IMG/VR virus record: IMGVR_UViG_3300037461_000186
Span: 1-40,560 of that record
Direction: 5' to 3' (one strand)
Length of the DNA: 40,560 nucleotides
Source: a virus
Lineage: Duplodnaviria > Caudoviricetes
The notes under the pieces are model-generated. The model saw nothing but the letters and a program-made list of their open reading frames with translations, did no database searches and had not been told where the DNA came from. The translations under genes were made by a program, and so were the position numbers. Positions 1-9,215 of this stretch are shown here, in pieces. Every line of letters begins with the position of its first letter. The first letter of the stretch is position 1.

Positions 1-127
1 GGGGGCAACGCTGAGTTACTTTGAGCCCATCTGGGCTCAAAGTGGACGGGCCACCAACTCCTCGCTCGGCCAGAACACGCTCTACTTCCAGCCGTTCGAT
101 CTGCCTTTCTACCTGAGTGCCAGCCGG
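1..127. repeat. Terminal direct repeat, left copy (assembly circularisation overlap)
   Basis: 1-127 is identical to 40434-40560, and one reading frame runs straight through the join. 127 is a common assembler k-mer length. Confidence 0.95.
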
Positions 128-763
128 ATCAACTTCTACATCTCGATCAGCGGCGCAATGACCGCAGCGAACAGCACGGGAACGTGTCAGCAGGGGTTCG
201 GGTACGCGCTGTACACGCGGGACATGACGGGAGCGGCGTCTCAGACGCTGTCGCTGCTGACCAGCTACAGCGTGACGCACCTGTCTCACTCGTTCACCAG
301 CAACACGCAGTACCAGGCCACGCACTACTTCGGGCTGTCGAATGCCACGACGCACAGCACGCGGCAGACGGCTATCAGCGCCACGAACGCGACGACGTAC
401 CTCTCGACGAACATCAACGGGCCGAGGGTGCTTGCCTTGCCGCTGAACTCGGTACTGACGCCAGGGCGGTACTGGCTCGCCGTGGCGGTATCGACCGTGA
501 CCGGGAACGGGATGACGAACGGCCTGAGCGTGCAGATGACCAGCGTTGGCGTGGTCGGCGCGGCCTACCACTTCGGTTCGGCCTCGGCTGCCACGAACGC
601 GAGCGTCTATCGTGCCCAGCAGGGATGGGGAAGCTACAGCGCCACATCGGCGGCGTTCCCCAACTCGGTGGCGTACTCGACGGATGCCATTCGTCACCCG
701 GTGGCGATGACTGCGGTTCACTTCGACATCCGAGGTTTCGGGACGAGCACGAACCAGCTATGA
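1..763 (+). CDS. C-terminal part of the origin-spanning S/T/N/G-rich repeat fibre protein (about 624 aa in total, starts at 39322)
   Basis: The frame from GTG 39322 stays open to 40560, continues at 128 into the 158..763 ORF and stops at TGA 761-763, overlapping the next ATG. Confidence 0.85.
   Translation, partial: GATLSYFEPIWAQSGRATNSSLGQNTLYFQPFDLPFYLSASRINFYISISGAMTAANSTGTCQQGFGYALYTRDMTGAASQTLSLLTSYSVTHLSHSFTSNTQYQATHYFGLSNATTHSTRQTAISATNATTYLSTNINGPRVLALPLNSVLTPGRYWLAVAVSTVTGNGMTNGLSVQMTSVGVVGAAYHFGSASAATNASVYRAQQGWGSYSATSAAFPNSVAYSTDAIRHPVAMTAVHFDIRGFGTSTNQL
18..43. repeat. 12-bp perfect inverted repeat inside the fibre gene
   Basis: ACTTTGAGCCCA-TC-TGGGCTCAAAGT. Confidence 0.9.
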
Positions 764-1467
764 GGCCCCAGCTCATCGAATCCGGCGTCCACAACGCAGA
801 CCTCGTGTCCTCGTCCGGTCGGATCATGCGCGGCTCTTCGTGGAAGGAGCAGAGCATCGTCTGGATCACGCCCTCGGCCGACTCGATCCCGGCGAAGGTC
901 GTCTGGTCCTGGCTCAACCTCGTCTTCCCGCCGAACAACAAGCTCTACCGGATGCTCGCCCTCGGGATGGAGGTGGGCGAGGCGTACAGCAACGCCATCG
1001 ACGCCATCCTCGCGCACCCGGAGTTGAGCAAGTGGAAGTACGTCCTGACGGTGGAGCATGACAACGCCCCGCCGCAGGACGGCGTGATTCAACTCCTCCG
1101 CAGGATGGAGGAGCGGAAGGATCTCGCCTGCATCGGCGGGCTGTACTGGACGAAGGGGCCGGAAGGCGTCCCGCAGATTTGGGGCGACCCAAAGGCACCA
1201 GATCTCAACTTCCGGCCGCAGGTTCCGGTCCCTGGTCAGATCGTGGAGTGCTGCGGGACGGGCATGGGATTCAACCTCTGGCGCATGGAGATGTTCAAGG
1301 ACAAGCGGCTCCCGCGCCCGCTGTTCAAGACGAAGGCCGGCGTGGAAGGGGTTGGGACGCAGGATCTCGCGTTCTGGGGCGAGGCCCGGAAGTGCGGCTA
1401 CCGCTGCGGAATCGACTGCTCGGTGCTGGTCGGCCACTACGACGCGGCCACGGACACGATGTGGTGA
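760..1467 (+). CDS. GT-A fold (GT2-like) glycosyltransferase
   Basis: ATG 760 overlaps the upstream stop (ATGA). Motifs: YVLTVEHDNAPP (DxD-equivalent), GTGMGFNLWRMEMF, TQDLAFW...GY..GIDCSVLVGH. Confidence 0.75.
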   Translation: MRPQLIESGVHNADLVSSSGRIMRGSSWKEQSIVWITPSADSIPAKVVWSWLNLVFPPNNKLYRMLALGMEVGEAYSNAIDAILAHPELSKWKYVLTVEHDNAPPQDGVIQLLRRMEERKDLACIGGLYWTKGPEGVPQIWGDPKAPDLNFRPQVPVPGQIVECCGTGMGFNLWRMEMFKDKRLPRPLFKTKAGVEGVGTQDLAFWGEARKCGYRCGIDCSVLVGHYDAATDTMW

Positions 1468-1469
1468 GC

Positions 1470-2021
1470 ATGGGGAAGAAGAGCAAGGCGAAGAAGGAAC
1501 CGAAGCCGCTCAGGCTGGACCTGGGCTGCGGCAAGGCGAAGCGCGAGGGCTTCACGGGCGTGGACATGATCGCCTTCGACGGTGTGGACATCGTGGCCGA
1601 CCTCACGAAGCGGTGGCCCTGGAAGGACGGCACCGTGGACGAGGTCGTCTGCTCGCACACGGTCGAGCACCTCGAATGGCCGCAGCGGGTTCACTTCTTC
1701 AATGAGCTTCACCGCGTGCTGAAGCCCGGGGCTCAGGCTCAGATCATCACGCCGCACTGGTCCCATGCCTGCTACTACGGCGACCCGACGCACAAGGCGC
1801 CGCTGTCGGAGTGGTTCGCGTTCTACCTCAACCGGGAGTGGCGGGAGCGCGAGGCTCCGCACGCGCCGTACACCTGCGACTTCGACTGGGTGTTCGGGGG
1901 ATCGTGGGACCCGTGGCTGGAGACGAGGAATCAGGAGTTCAGGACGTTCGCGATGAACCGTCACGTCAACTCGTGGCGGGATCTCATCGTCACGCTGACT
2001 AAGAGGAACCCCAATGCCTGA
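1470..2021 (+). CDS. Class I SAM-dependent methyltransferase (type 11-like)
   Basis: LDLGCG motif I; DLTKRWPWKDGTVDEVVCSHTVEHL; ELHRVLKPGA. Confidence 0.85.
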   Translation: MGKKSKAKKEPKPLRLDLGCGKAKREGFTGVDMIAFDGVDIVADLTKRWPWKDGTVDEVVCSHTVEHLEWPQRVHFFNELHRVLKPGAQAQIITPHWSHACYYGDPTHKAPLSEWFAFYLNREWREREAPHAPYTCDFDWVFGGSWDPWLETRNQEFRTFAMNRHVNSWRDLIVTLTKRNPNA

Positions 2022-4215
2022 CAAGAGGGACGCCATCATCGAGCAGGCCCGCGAGCGGTTCAAGCTCGTGTGCGAGGCCGAGTCGGCGCAGCGCGAGCGC
2101 GAGAACGACGACCTCCGCTTCCAGATCCCCGAAAACCAGTGGGACGACAAGGCCCGCTCGGCCCGGCAGGGCGACGACAAGACGCCGCCCCGGCCCATCC
2201 TCTCCATCTCGAAGCTCGACCAGCCGCAGCAGCTCATCCTCAACCAGATGCGCCAGGCCGACCTCGGGGTGATGATCCACCCGATCAGCGAGGACGCGGA
2301 GCAGGACACGGCCGAGATGCTCCAGGGGCTGTACCGCCACATCGAGCAGAAGAGCCACGCGGAGCTCGCGAGGTACTGGGCGTTCCAGCGTGCGGTGGCG
2401 TGCGGGCGCGGCGCCTACCGGGTCCTCACCGAGTACGACGAGGAGGGCGGGCACCCGTCGGACCAGCGGATCGTGATCAAGCGCATCCTCCACCAGGAGG
2501 GCGTCTACTTCGACCCCTCCGCGGTGGAGCCGGACTTCTCGGATGGACGCTTCGCGTTCGTCGTGTCCTGGGTGAGCCGTGACGCCTTCGCTCGGATGTG
2601 GCCGAAGGCGAAGGGCGCGAACGCGGCGAAGCTCGAGTGGGAGGGCATGGCGCACGACGCCCCCGAGTGGGTGCGCGAGGACGACGTGCTCGTGGCCGAG
2701 TACTGGTACAAGGAGTACAGCGAGGAGAAGTTTGCGGTCGAGGGCGAGGAGCGGACCCGCGAGGTTGTCACGGTCAAGGTGTGCAAGCTGACCGGGTGGG
2801 AGGTTCTCGAGGAATCGGTGTGGCCGGGCCGGTGGATTCCGATCATCCCGGTGATCGGCCGCGAGCTCACCCCGTTCGACGAGGAGCGGCGCTTCGTCGG
2901 TCTGATCTCGGGCGCGAAGGACGGGCAGAAGTTGTACAACTACGCGGCCTCGACGCTCGTGGAGCGGATGGCCCTCGAGCCCAAGGCCCCATTCGTGACG
3001 CCGGCCGAGGTCATCGAGGGGTACGAGGACTACTGGCAGCAGGCGAACGTCAGGAACTTCCCGTACCTGCCTTACAACGCTGTCGTGAAGGGCGGGGCGA
3101 TTCTCCCGCCTCCGCAGCGGGCTCAGATCGACCAGACGGGGACGAGCCTCGCGATGGCGGCGCTGCAGCAGGCCGACAACTTCATCCAGAGCGCGACGGC
3201 GATCTACGACCCGTCGCTGGGTCGGCTGTCGGAGCGGGACCGCAGCGGGCGGGCCATCCTGGCGCTGCAGCAGCAGGCCGACAGCGGCACGGGACACTTC
3301 CTCCAGAACCTCGCGGACATCTCGATGGTGTACGAGGCGAAGGTAGTGCTCGACCTGATCCCGAAGGTGTACGACCGGCCCGGGCGCATCACGCGCATCG
3401 TGCGAGGCGAGGACCGCAAGTCGGCGCCAGTCATGCTCGGAGTGCCGTTCGTGCCGGACCCGCGCACGGGACGGCCGATGCCGGCGCCGCCCACCGCGCA
3501 GGGAGTGAAGCAGTACGACCTCTCCCGCGGGATCTACGACGTGTCGGTGACGATCGGGAAGTCGTTCCAGACTCGGCTGCAGGAGGGGAGCGAGCGGATC
3601 GGAGAACTCCTCGCGCAGAAGCCCGAACTCTTCGTGATGATGGGCGACCTCTTCCTGCGCTTCCAAGACTGGCCGGGCGCGAAGGAGATGGCCGACCGCA
3701 TGGCGAAGGTCAGGGAACGTCAGTTCCCGGGCCTGGGCGAGAGCGAGGACGGGCAGATGCCGCCCGAGCAGATGCAGGCGCAGTTCCAGGGGATGCAGGC
3801 CCAGATGCAGCAGATGGGGCAGCAGCTCCAGGCCGCGATGCAGGCCCTCCAGACCGAGCAGGCGAAGCAGCAGGCTCAGATCGCGAAGGCGCAGCTTGAC
3901 GCGCAGGTGAAGATGCAGCAGGCCGAGCTCTCGATGCGCGAGGCCGCGATGGAACGCGACACGAAGCTGCGGATCGCCGCCGCGGACAACGAGACGAAGC
4001 TGCAGATCGCCGGGCTGGAGGCCAAGCTGGAGTCGCTCCTGACGCTGCTCAACCTCGAGGCCGAGGCGAAGAAGATCGAGCGGATGGAGCAGACTGCGGA
4101 GCGCAGCGAGGAGCGCGGCCGGCAGCACGAGGCCGCTATGACGGAGATGAAGAAGCCCGCGCCGACGGTTCCCGAGACGAGTGTCGACGGCGGGCTGGGA
4201 GGGTTGGATCGGTGA
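2014..4215 (+). CDS. Portal protein, P22-like
   Basis: 733 aa. DDLRF..NQW N-terminus, WPGRWIPIIPVIG, GLISGAKDGQKLYNY, SGRAILALQQQ, YDVSVTIGKSFQTR, and a Gln-rich C-terminal coiled-coil barrel. Confidence 0.9.
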   Translation: MPDKRDAIIEQARERFKLVCEAESAQRERENDDLRFQIPENQWDDKARSARQGDDKTPPRPILSISKLDQPQQLILNQMRQADLGVMIHPISEDAEQDTAEMLQGLYRHIEQKSHAELARYWAFQRAVACGRGAYRVLTEYDEEGGHPSDQRIVIKRILHQEGVYFDPSAVEPDFSDGRFAFVVSWVSRDAFARMWPKAKGANAAKLEWEGMAHDAPEWVREDDVLVAEYWYKEYSEEKFAVEGEERTREVVTVKVCKLTGWEVLEESVWPGRWIPIIPVIGRELTPFDEERRFVGLISGAKDGQKLYNYAASTLVERMALEPKAPFVTPAEVIEGYEDYWQQANVRNFPYLPYNAVVKGGAILPPPQRAQIDQTGTSLAMAALQQADNFIQSATAIYDPSLGRLSERDRSGRAILALQQQADSGTGHFLQNLADISMVYEAKVVLDLIPKVYDRPGRITRIVRGEDRKSAPVMLGVPFVPDPRTGRPMPAPPTAQGVKQYDLSRGIYDVSVTIGKSFQTRLQEGSERIGELLAQKPELFVMMGDLFLRFQDWPGAKEMADRMAKVRERQFPGLGESEDGQMPPEQMQAQFQGMQAQMQQMGQQLQAAMQALQTEQAKQQAQIAKAQLDAQVKMQQAELSMREAAMERDTKLRIAAADNETKLQIAGLEAKLESLLTLLNLEAEAKKIERMEQTAERSEERGRQHEAAMTEMKKPAPTVPETSVDGGLGGLDR

Positions 4216-4391
4216 GTGGTCTGAGCCGTGCGGCGTTCGCTGAGTTGCGGGCGCAGCGCGAAGACACGAAGAAGATGGCCGAGGCCGCGGTCAACAACGA
4301 GTTCCTGACACGGCATCGGGTCGAGGCGCTCGAAGGGATTCTCGGACGTGGTTTCTGGGGCCGGCTGCGCTGGCTCCTGTTTGGGAGGTGA
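4212..4391 (+). CDS. Small hypothetical protein (59 aa), not in the ORF track
   Basis: GTG overlaps the portal stop and TGA overlaps the next start. MSGLSRAAFAEL...RGFWGRLRWLLFGR. Confidence 0.6.
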   Translation: MSGLSRAAFAELRAQREDTKKMAEAAVNNEFLTRHRVEALEGILGRGFWGRLRWLLFGR

Positions 4392-5494
4392 CGGTGAGCA
4401 GCACGGTCGCGGTCGGCGGGATGGAGATCTCGAGCAACCACGAGAGCGCGGAGGAGATGGTCACGGCGCTGAAGCCTCCGAAGGAGGACGACGGGAAGAC
4501 TCCGCGGGTGGTCGAGGACGCGGGCAAGGTCCTCGAGCCCGAGGCCGAGCCCGACCCGCTGTCGAAGGCCGCTGCGGAGCTCGGGAAGAAGGGCGGCGAG
4601 GCGGCGGCGAAGGCCCGGGCCGAGCGGGACAAGGAAGCGGACAAGACCCCGGACAAGGCCGAGGCCAAGTCGAAGGAGGACAAGGCCGAGGGCGAGGACA
4701 AGGGGGAGGACAAGCTGGGGCACCGCCGGCACGACCCGCGGGCCGCGGTGATGGAGGCCCGGCGGGCGCAGCGGGAGGCCGAGGACCGGGCGAGGGCGCT
4801 CGAGGAGCGGCTGGCCCGCCTGGAGGCCCGGGTGGCCCCGGACGACCCCAAGGGTGGGGACGCCCCGAAGAAGGCCGTAACGGGGCAGGACGGCAGCGCC
4901 AAGGGCAACGGGAAGCCCTCGCCCGACCAGTTCGACACCTACGAGGACTACATCGAGGCGTTCACGGACTGGAAGGCCGACCGCATCCTCGAGCGCCAGG
5001 CCGAGCGGGCGCGGATGGAGAGCGAGTCGGAGGCATTCGCCCGTAGGCAGCAGGAGAAGGTGGACGCCTTCAACGCCCGGGTGAAGAAGGCGCAGGAGGC
5101 CGACCCCGAGGTCATCGACCGGATCGACCCGCGGCTGCTCCAGCTCCAGCCGACCTTCACCCTCCCCCCGGGGTCTGCGGTGACGGCGGCGAACGACATC
5201 GCGCAGGCGATCATCGAGTCGGAGCACTCCGCGGCGCTCCTGCTCTACCTGTCGGAGCACGAGGAGGTGATGGGCGAGCTCCTGCGCCTGCCGGACAGCT
5301 ACGCGGTCACCAGGGCGGTGGGGCGGCTCGAGGCGAAGCTCGAGAGCGTTCCCCCTCCCGCCCCGAGGGGTGTGAGCAAGGCACCGCCCCCGGTGCGGCC
5401 GGTGGCCTCGACCCCGAACCCGGGCGAGCTCGACGTGATGGGCGAAATGGACTTCGACACGTTCTACCGCCGCCGAGCGGCGCGGCGGGCGTAG
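4388..5494 (+). CDS. Capsid scaffolding protein
   Basis: Follows the portal; charged coiled-coil with PSPDQFDTYEDYIEAFTDWKA, LLLYLSEH and SKAPPPVRPV, typical of P22-like scaffolds. The start may be GTG 4394. Confidence 0.75.
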   Translation: MTVSSTVAVGGMEISSNHESAEEMVTALKPPKEDDGKTPRVVEDAGKVLEPEAEPDPLSKAAAELGKKGGEAAAKARAERDKEADKTPDKAEAKSKEDKAEGEDKGEDKLGHRRHDPRAAVMEARRAQREAEDRARALEERLARLEARVAPDDPKGGDAPKKAVTGQDGSAKGNGKPSPDQFDTYEDYIEAFTDWKADRILERQAERARMESESEAFARRQQEKVDAFNARVKKAQEADPEVIDRIDPRLLQLQPTFTLPPGSAVTAANDIAQAIIESEHSAALLLYLSEHEEVMGELLRLPDSYAVTRAVGRLEAKLESVPPPAPRGVSKAPPPVRPVASTPNPGELDVMGEMDFDTFYRRRAARRA

Positions 5495-5503
5495 GAGGGC
5501 GCT

Positions 5504-7744
5504 ATGGCCTCGGCGGGATCTCCCCTCGGAGCGTTCATCAACGTCAGGAAGGGCCAGGAGCACGACCCTCGCGGTCTGACGCTGGGCGACCTGATGGAGA
5601 TGACGCCGCACGAGGCTCTGATGGCGGGCCTCGACATCGCGGGGGAGGACCTCGCCGCGCTGGACGCCGGCCAGCCGGCGCTGCGGCCCGCCCGGGAGGT
5701 GTCGGACCCGTGGGGCGCGAAGATCACGGCCGACGAGCAGGCGCAGCGCGAGGGCGCGGTGCGGGCGATGCAGAACATCCCGTACTCGCCCCTCGCGGCC
5801 GGCGTGGAACTGGCGGCGCCGTCGGCGTACGACGCGCTGACGCGGGAGGTGCCTGGGGCGAACCCTGAGGCGCCGAACGTGGTGGCGGCGTTGGACAACC
5901 TGAGCCTCGGGGGGCTGATCGAGGCCCCTGTGGCGCGGAGCCTGCTGCGGACGCGACCTCCTTCGGCGCGGGAGACGGCGCCGGCCCGGCTGCGCGGGAT
6001 GCCGCGGGGCGGGGAGGAGACGGCGCCGCCGTTCTACTCTCAGGCGCGGACGGTGGTGGAGGACCCGAAGACGCAGGGGACTCAGACGGGCGAGGCGTGG
6101 CTGAAGTTCATGCAGGACCCGAAGCGTGGCGTGAAGGCTGAGGAGTTGGAGTTCACGCGGCTGGGTGACTTTCTGAAGGAGCGGCGCGGGGAGCGGGTGA
6201 CGCGGGACGAGATCCTGGGGCACTTGGACTCGAACGAGATCGAGGTCAAGGAGGTGACGAAGGGGTCGCCGCTTCAAAGCGAGCTTGGTGCTGCGGAAGA
6301 TGCGTTCAAGGCTATCGCGCATCGGGCGTTGAGCGCGAGCGATCAGCAGATCCAAGACCTTGCGCTCGATGTTGCCCGTGGAGATGTTGGGATGGAAAGT
6401 CTCAATGACTCCATGCGGCCAGCCGCCCAGGAACTACGACGGACGTATCTGGCGAGACAACACGGGACCCCATTCAAGCCTACGAAGTTCGAGCGTTACA
6501 CCCTCCCCGGCGCGGAGAACTACCGCGAGGTGCTGCTGACGCTGCCGGCAACCAAGCCAGCGGGACAGACGAAGTGGACGACGCTGGAGGGTCCTAGCGG
6601 CTGGAGCGTGTTCGCTGATGGTCGCCAAGTGGGGCACTGGTACAAGTCGGAGGCCCCCACGGCAGCGGATGCAATTCGTGAAGCTCAGGTCGGATGGTCG
6701 TCCGGAGAGCTGCCCGAGAGTCAGCGTGGCGGTTTCACCTCTTCCCACTGGGACGAGCCGAACGTGCTAGCGCATCTGCGTCTGAGTGACCGGGACATGG
6801 ACGGGAAGCGGACGCTGCTGGTGGAGGAGATCCAGTCCGACTGGGCGCAGAAGGGACGCAAGGAAGGGTTCAGGCCAGATGACGCGGACTGGCTCGACAA
6901 GCGGCGTCAGCAGATCGAAGCTCTTGGCGAGAGGGCGACCCAAGAGCAGAAGCGCGAGTGGGCCGCGATCAAGAATGAGTTGGAGAAAAACATTCCCACC
7001 GCACCCTTCGTCCGCGACACGACGCGGTGGACGACGTTGGGTCTGAAGCGGATTCTGAAGATGGCAGCGGACGAGGGGTACGACCGTGTCGCCATCGTGC
7101 CCGGAGCGGAGCAGGCCAAGCGGTACGACCTGAGCAAGCAGGTGGACAGAGTCGAATGGATTCCAGGCGATAAGACCCTGCGGGCCTACAGGCAGGGCGC
7201 AGACACCAGCCCAGTCATCTCTCGGACGCTGAACAGTGAATCAGAGTTGGCTGACGTGATCGGCAAAGAGGCCGCCGAGAAGCTTCTCAGGCAGCCGCTG
7301 GATGAGAGCAAGATCAACCGTGCACCTTTTCAGAAGCTTGAGGGCGAAGAACTCAGCATCGGCGGCGAGGGCATGAAGGGCTACTACGACAAGATCGTGC
7401 CCGACGCCTTGAACAAGCTCGCCAAGGAGTACGGGGTCAAGGTCCAGCTCGAAGGCGGGAAGGTGCGGCCCAAAGGAACCGAGGGGGCAGACTTCTACAT
7501 CTCTTCGGATGAGGCGGGCGGCTTCGCAATCTACGATTCGGCCGATGAAATGGGGGCTCCAATCGCAGAAGGATTCAAGACCGAGGAGGATGCCAGGAAG
7601 TACATGCGGACCCTTGACCTTGATGCGGTTCCCGTCCACACCCTCGAAGTCCCGCCGGAGATGCGGGAGAAGATCAAGAAGAAGGGCTTCCCCCTCTACT
7701 CCAGCCTCACCCTCGGGGACATGATGGGAGCCCAGAACGCTTGA
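5504..7744 (+). CDS. 746-aa protein with an EEIQSDW domain of the kind found in large polyvalent or internal virion proteins; function unknown
   Basis: Motifs PFYSQA, GVKAEEL, YTLPGAENYREVLL, SHWDEPNVLAHLR, EEIQSDW, APF..W..LGLKRILKMAADEGYDRVA, GMKGYYDKIVP. Family assignment is from recollection. Confidence 0.6.
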   Translation: MASAGSPLGAFINVRKGQEHDPRGLTLGDLMEMTPHEALMAGLDIAGEDLAALDAGQPALRPAREVSDPWGAKITADEQAQREGAVRAMQNIPYSPLAAGVELAAPSAYDALTREVPGANPEAPNVVAALDNLSLGGLIEAPVARSLLRTRPPSARETAPARLRGMPRGGEETAPPFYSQARTVVEDPKTQGTQTGEAWLKFMQDPKRGVKAEELEFTRLGDFLKERRGERVTRDEILGHLDSNEIEVKEVTKGSPLQSELGAAEDAFKAIAHRALSASDQQIQDLALDVARGDVGMESLNDSMRPAAQELRRTYLARQHGTPFKPTKFERYTLPGAENYREVLLTLPATKPAGQTKWTTLEGPSGWSVFADGRQVGHWYKSEAPTAADAIREAQVGWSSGELPESQRGGFTSSHWDEPNVLAHLRLSDRDMDGKRTLLVEEIQSDWAQKGRKEGFRPDDADWLDKRRQQIEALGERATQEQKREWAAIKNELEKNIPTAPFVRDTTRWTTLGLKRILKMAADEGYDRVAIVPGAEQAKRYDLSKQVDRVEWIPGDKTLRAYRQGADTSPVISRTLNSESELADVIGKEAAEKLLRQPLDESKINRAPFQKLEGEELSIGGEGMKGYYDKIVPDALNKLAKEYGVKVQLEGGKVRPKGTEGADFYISSDEAGGFAIYDSADEMGAPIAEGFKTEEDARKYMRTLDLDAVPVHTLEVPPEMREKIKKKGFPLYSSLTLGDMMGAQNA

Positions 7745-7759
7745 CGTTCGCGGTACAAT
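7741..7759 (+). promoter_or_regulatory. Short-spacer promoter-like motif upstream of the capsid gene
   Basis: TTGACG-7 nt-TACAAT. Confidence 0.55.
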
Positions 7760-7764
7760 GTACC

Positions 7765-7973
7765 CGACGGTTTTCTGCAACTCGGGAGAGACGCCCCGCT
7801 TCCGACGTTGGCCGCTCCTGGGGCGCTCGGGAACGTGGCAACGCTGGCACCCACGCCCGGGCACGAAGTCGGCCGCAGCGTCCTGCCAGGGACGAGCGCG
7901 GCAAGCGGACTGAGGAACTGAAAGACCTCGACGCTAGCTTCCGGGCCGCATCGGCCCCCAGGAGCAAGACCAC
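7765..7973 (+). promoter_or_regulatory. Structured 5' leader of the major capsid gene that can sequester its RBS
   Basis: GCTCCTGGGG (7814-7823) is the perfect complement of CCCCAGGAGC (7956-7965), which contains the SD AGGAG. Confidence 0.5.
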
Positions 7974-9206
7974 ATGGCGAACACGCTCGTCACCCCGACG
8001 TGGGTGACGAACGAGACGGCCCTCCGATTCATGAACTCGGTCAAGGGCGTCGCCAACTTCAACCGATCCTACGACGACCGCTACAAGGCGGGCGGCGCGA
8101 AGGTCGGGGCGACCGTTCTCGCTCGTCTCCCGCAGCAGTTCACCGTTCGGCGCGGCCAGGCATGGGCCCCGCAGAACCTCTACGACCAGACCGTGCCGAT
8201 CACCCTCTCGTACCAGACGGGTGTGGACTTCGAGTGGAGCTCCGCGCAGGAGACGCTCGAGGTCGATCGCATCCGTGAGCGGTACGTCAACCCCGCCGCC
8301 GACACCCTCGCCTCCGACGCGGACGCGCAGGGCATGGCCGACGTGTACCAGTCGGTCTGGAACGCGGTCGGCACGCTCGGCACCACGCCCTCGGCCAACC
8401 TCACCTACCTGCAGGCGAAGGTGAAGCTGCTCGACGGCGCGACTCCCGAGGACGGCCTCGTCGCGGTGCTCGACCCGCTCGCGGAGGCCACCCTGGTCAA
8501 CGCGAACCTGACCCTCTTCAACCCGGCTCAGACGATCTCCGATGCGTACAAGCGGGGGATGTTCGGCCGCGGTTCGCTGGGGATCGGGGAGTGGTATCGG
8601 GACCAGAACGTGCCGCGGCACACCTCGGGCACGTTCACGGCCTCGACCCCTCTGGTCAACTCCGCGAACCAGACCGGCTCGAGCCTCGTGACGAACGGCT
8701 GGGCCTCCGGTGCGACCTCGCTGAAGAAGGGCGACATCTTCACCGTGGCCGGCGTCTACTCGGTGAACCCGCTCTCGAAGGTGAGCACGGGCCGGCTGCA
8801 GCAGTTCGTCGTGACCGCCGACATCAGCGACACGTCGGGCGACATGACGATCTCGATCAGCCCGTCGATCATCACCTCGGGCGCTCTCCAGACCGTGAGC
8901 AACTCGCCGGCGCATCAGGCGGTCATCACCGTCTGGTCCGCGAACCCGGCCGGCGGCACGCTGGCGACCACGGTCAGCCCGCAGTCGCTCGTGTTCCACC
9001 CCGACTTCGCGGCGTTCGTGATGGCCGACCTCACCGACCCGAACGGCGGTGCCAAGGCCACGTTCGCCCGCAGCCGGGACTGGGGCATCTCGATCCGCAT
9101 GGTGCAGCAGTACGACCTGACGAGCGATCAGAACGGGTGCCGTCTCGACATCCTCTTCGGAGCCGCCCCTCTCCAGCCCCGGCTCGCGTGCCGGGTGGTC
9201 GGGTAG
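7974..9206 (+). CDS. Major capsid protein, P22 coat (gp5) family
   Basis: MANTLVTP, NRSYDDRY..GAKVGATVLARLP, GVDFEWSS, ERYVNPAA, LKKGDIFTVAGVYSVNP, LQQFVVTAD, SIRMVQQYD, CRLDILFG. Confidence 0.92.
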   Translation: MANTLVTPTWVTNETALRFMNSVKGVANFNRSYDDRYKAGGAKVGATVLARLPQQFTVRRGQAWAPQNLYDQTVPITLSYQTGVDFEWSSAQETLEVDRIRERYVNPAADTLASDADAQGMADVYQSVWNAVGTLGTTPSANLTYLQAKVKLLDGATPEDGLVAVLDPLAEATLVNANLTLFNPAQTISDAYKRGMFGRGSLGIGEWYRDQNVPRHTSGTFTASTPLVNSANQTGSSLVTNGWASGATSLKKGDIFTVAGVYSVNPLSKVSTGRLQQFVVTADISDTSGDMTISISPSIITSGALQTVSNSPAHQAVITVWSANPAGGTLATTVSPQSLVFHPDFAAFVMADLTDPNGGAKATFARSRDWGISIRMVQQYDLTSDQNGCRLDILFGAAPLQPRLACRVVG

Positions 9207-9215
9207 GAGGGCATC

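Noticed and set aside
1-127. Terminal repeat as a biological direct terminal repeat
   Set aside because: The 127-bp length matches a common assembler k-mer and it falls mid-gene, so it is best read as a circular assembly overlap.
184-759. N-terminal extensions in the ORF track (e.g. 184, 1179, 13037, 25150, 31219 starts)
   Set aside because: They overlap real upstream genes; internal starts with an SD or stop/start coupling fit better.
7910-7945. Hammerhead-like CTGAGGA...GAAA
   Set aside because: Only 3 nt separate the two core motifs, so there is no stem II, and I could not form stems I and III with an NUH site.
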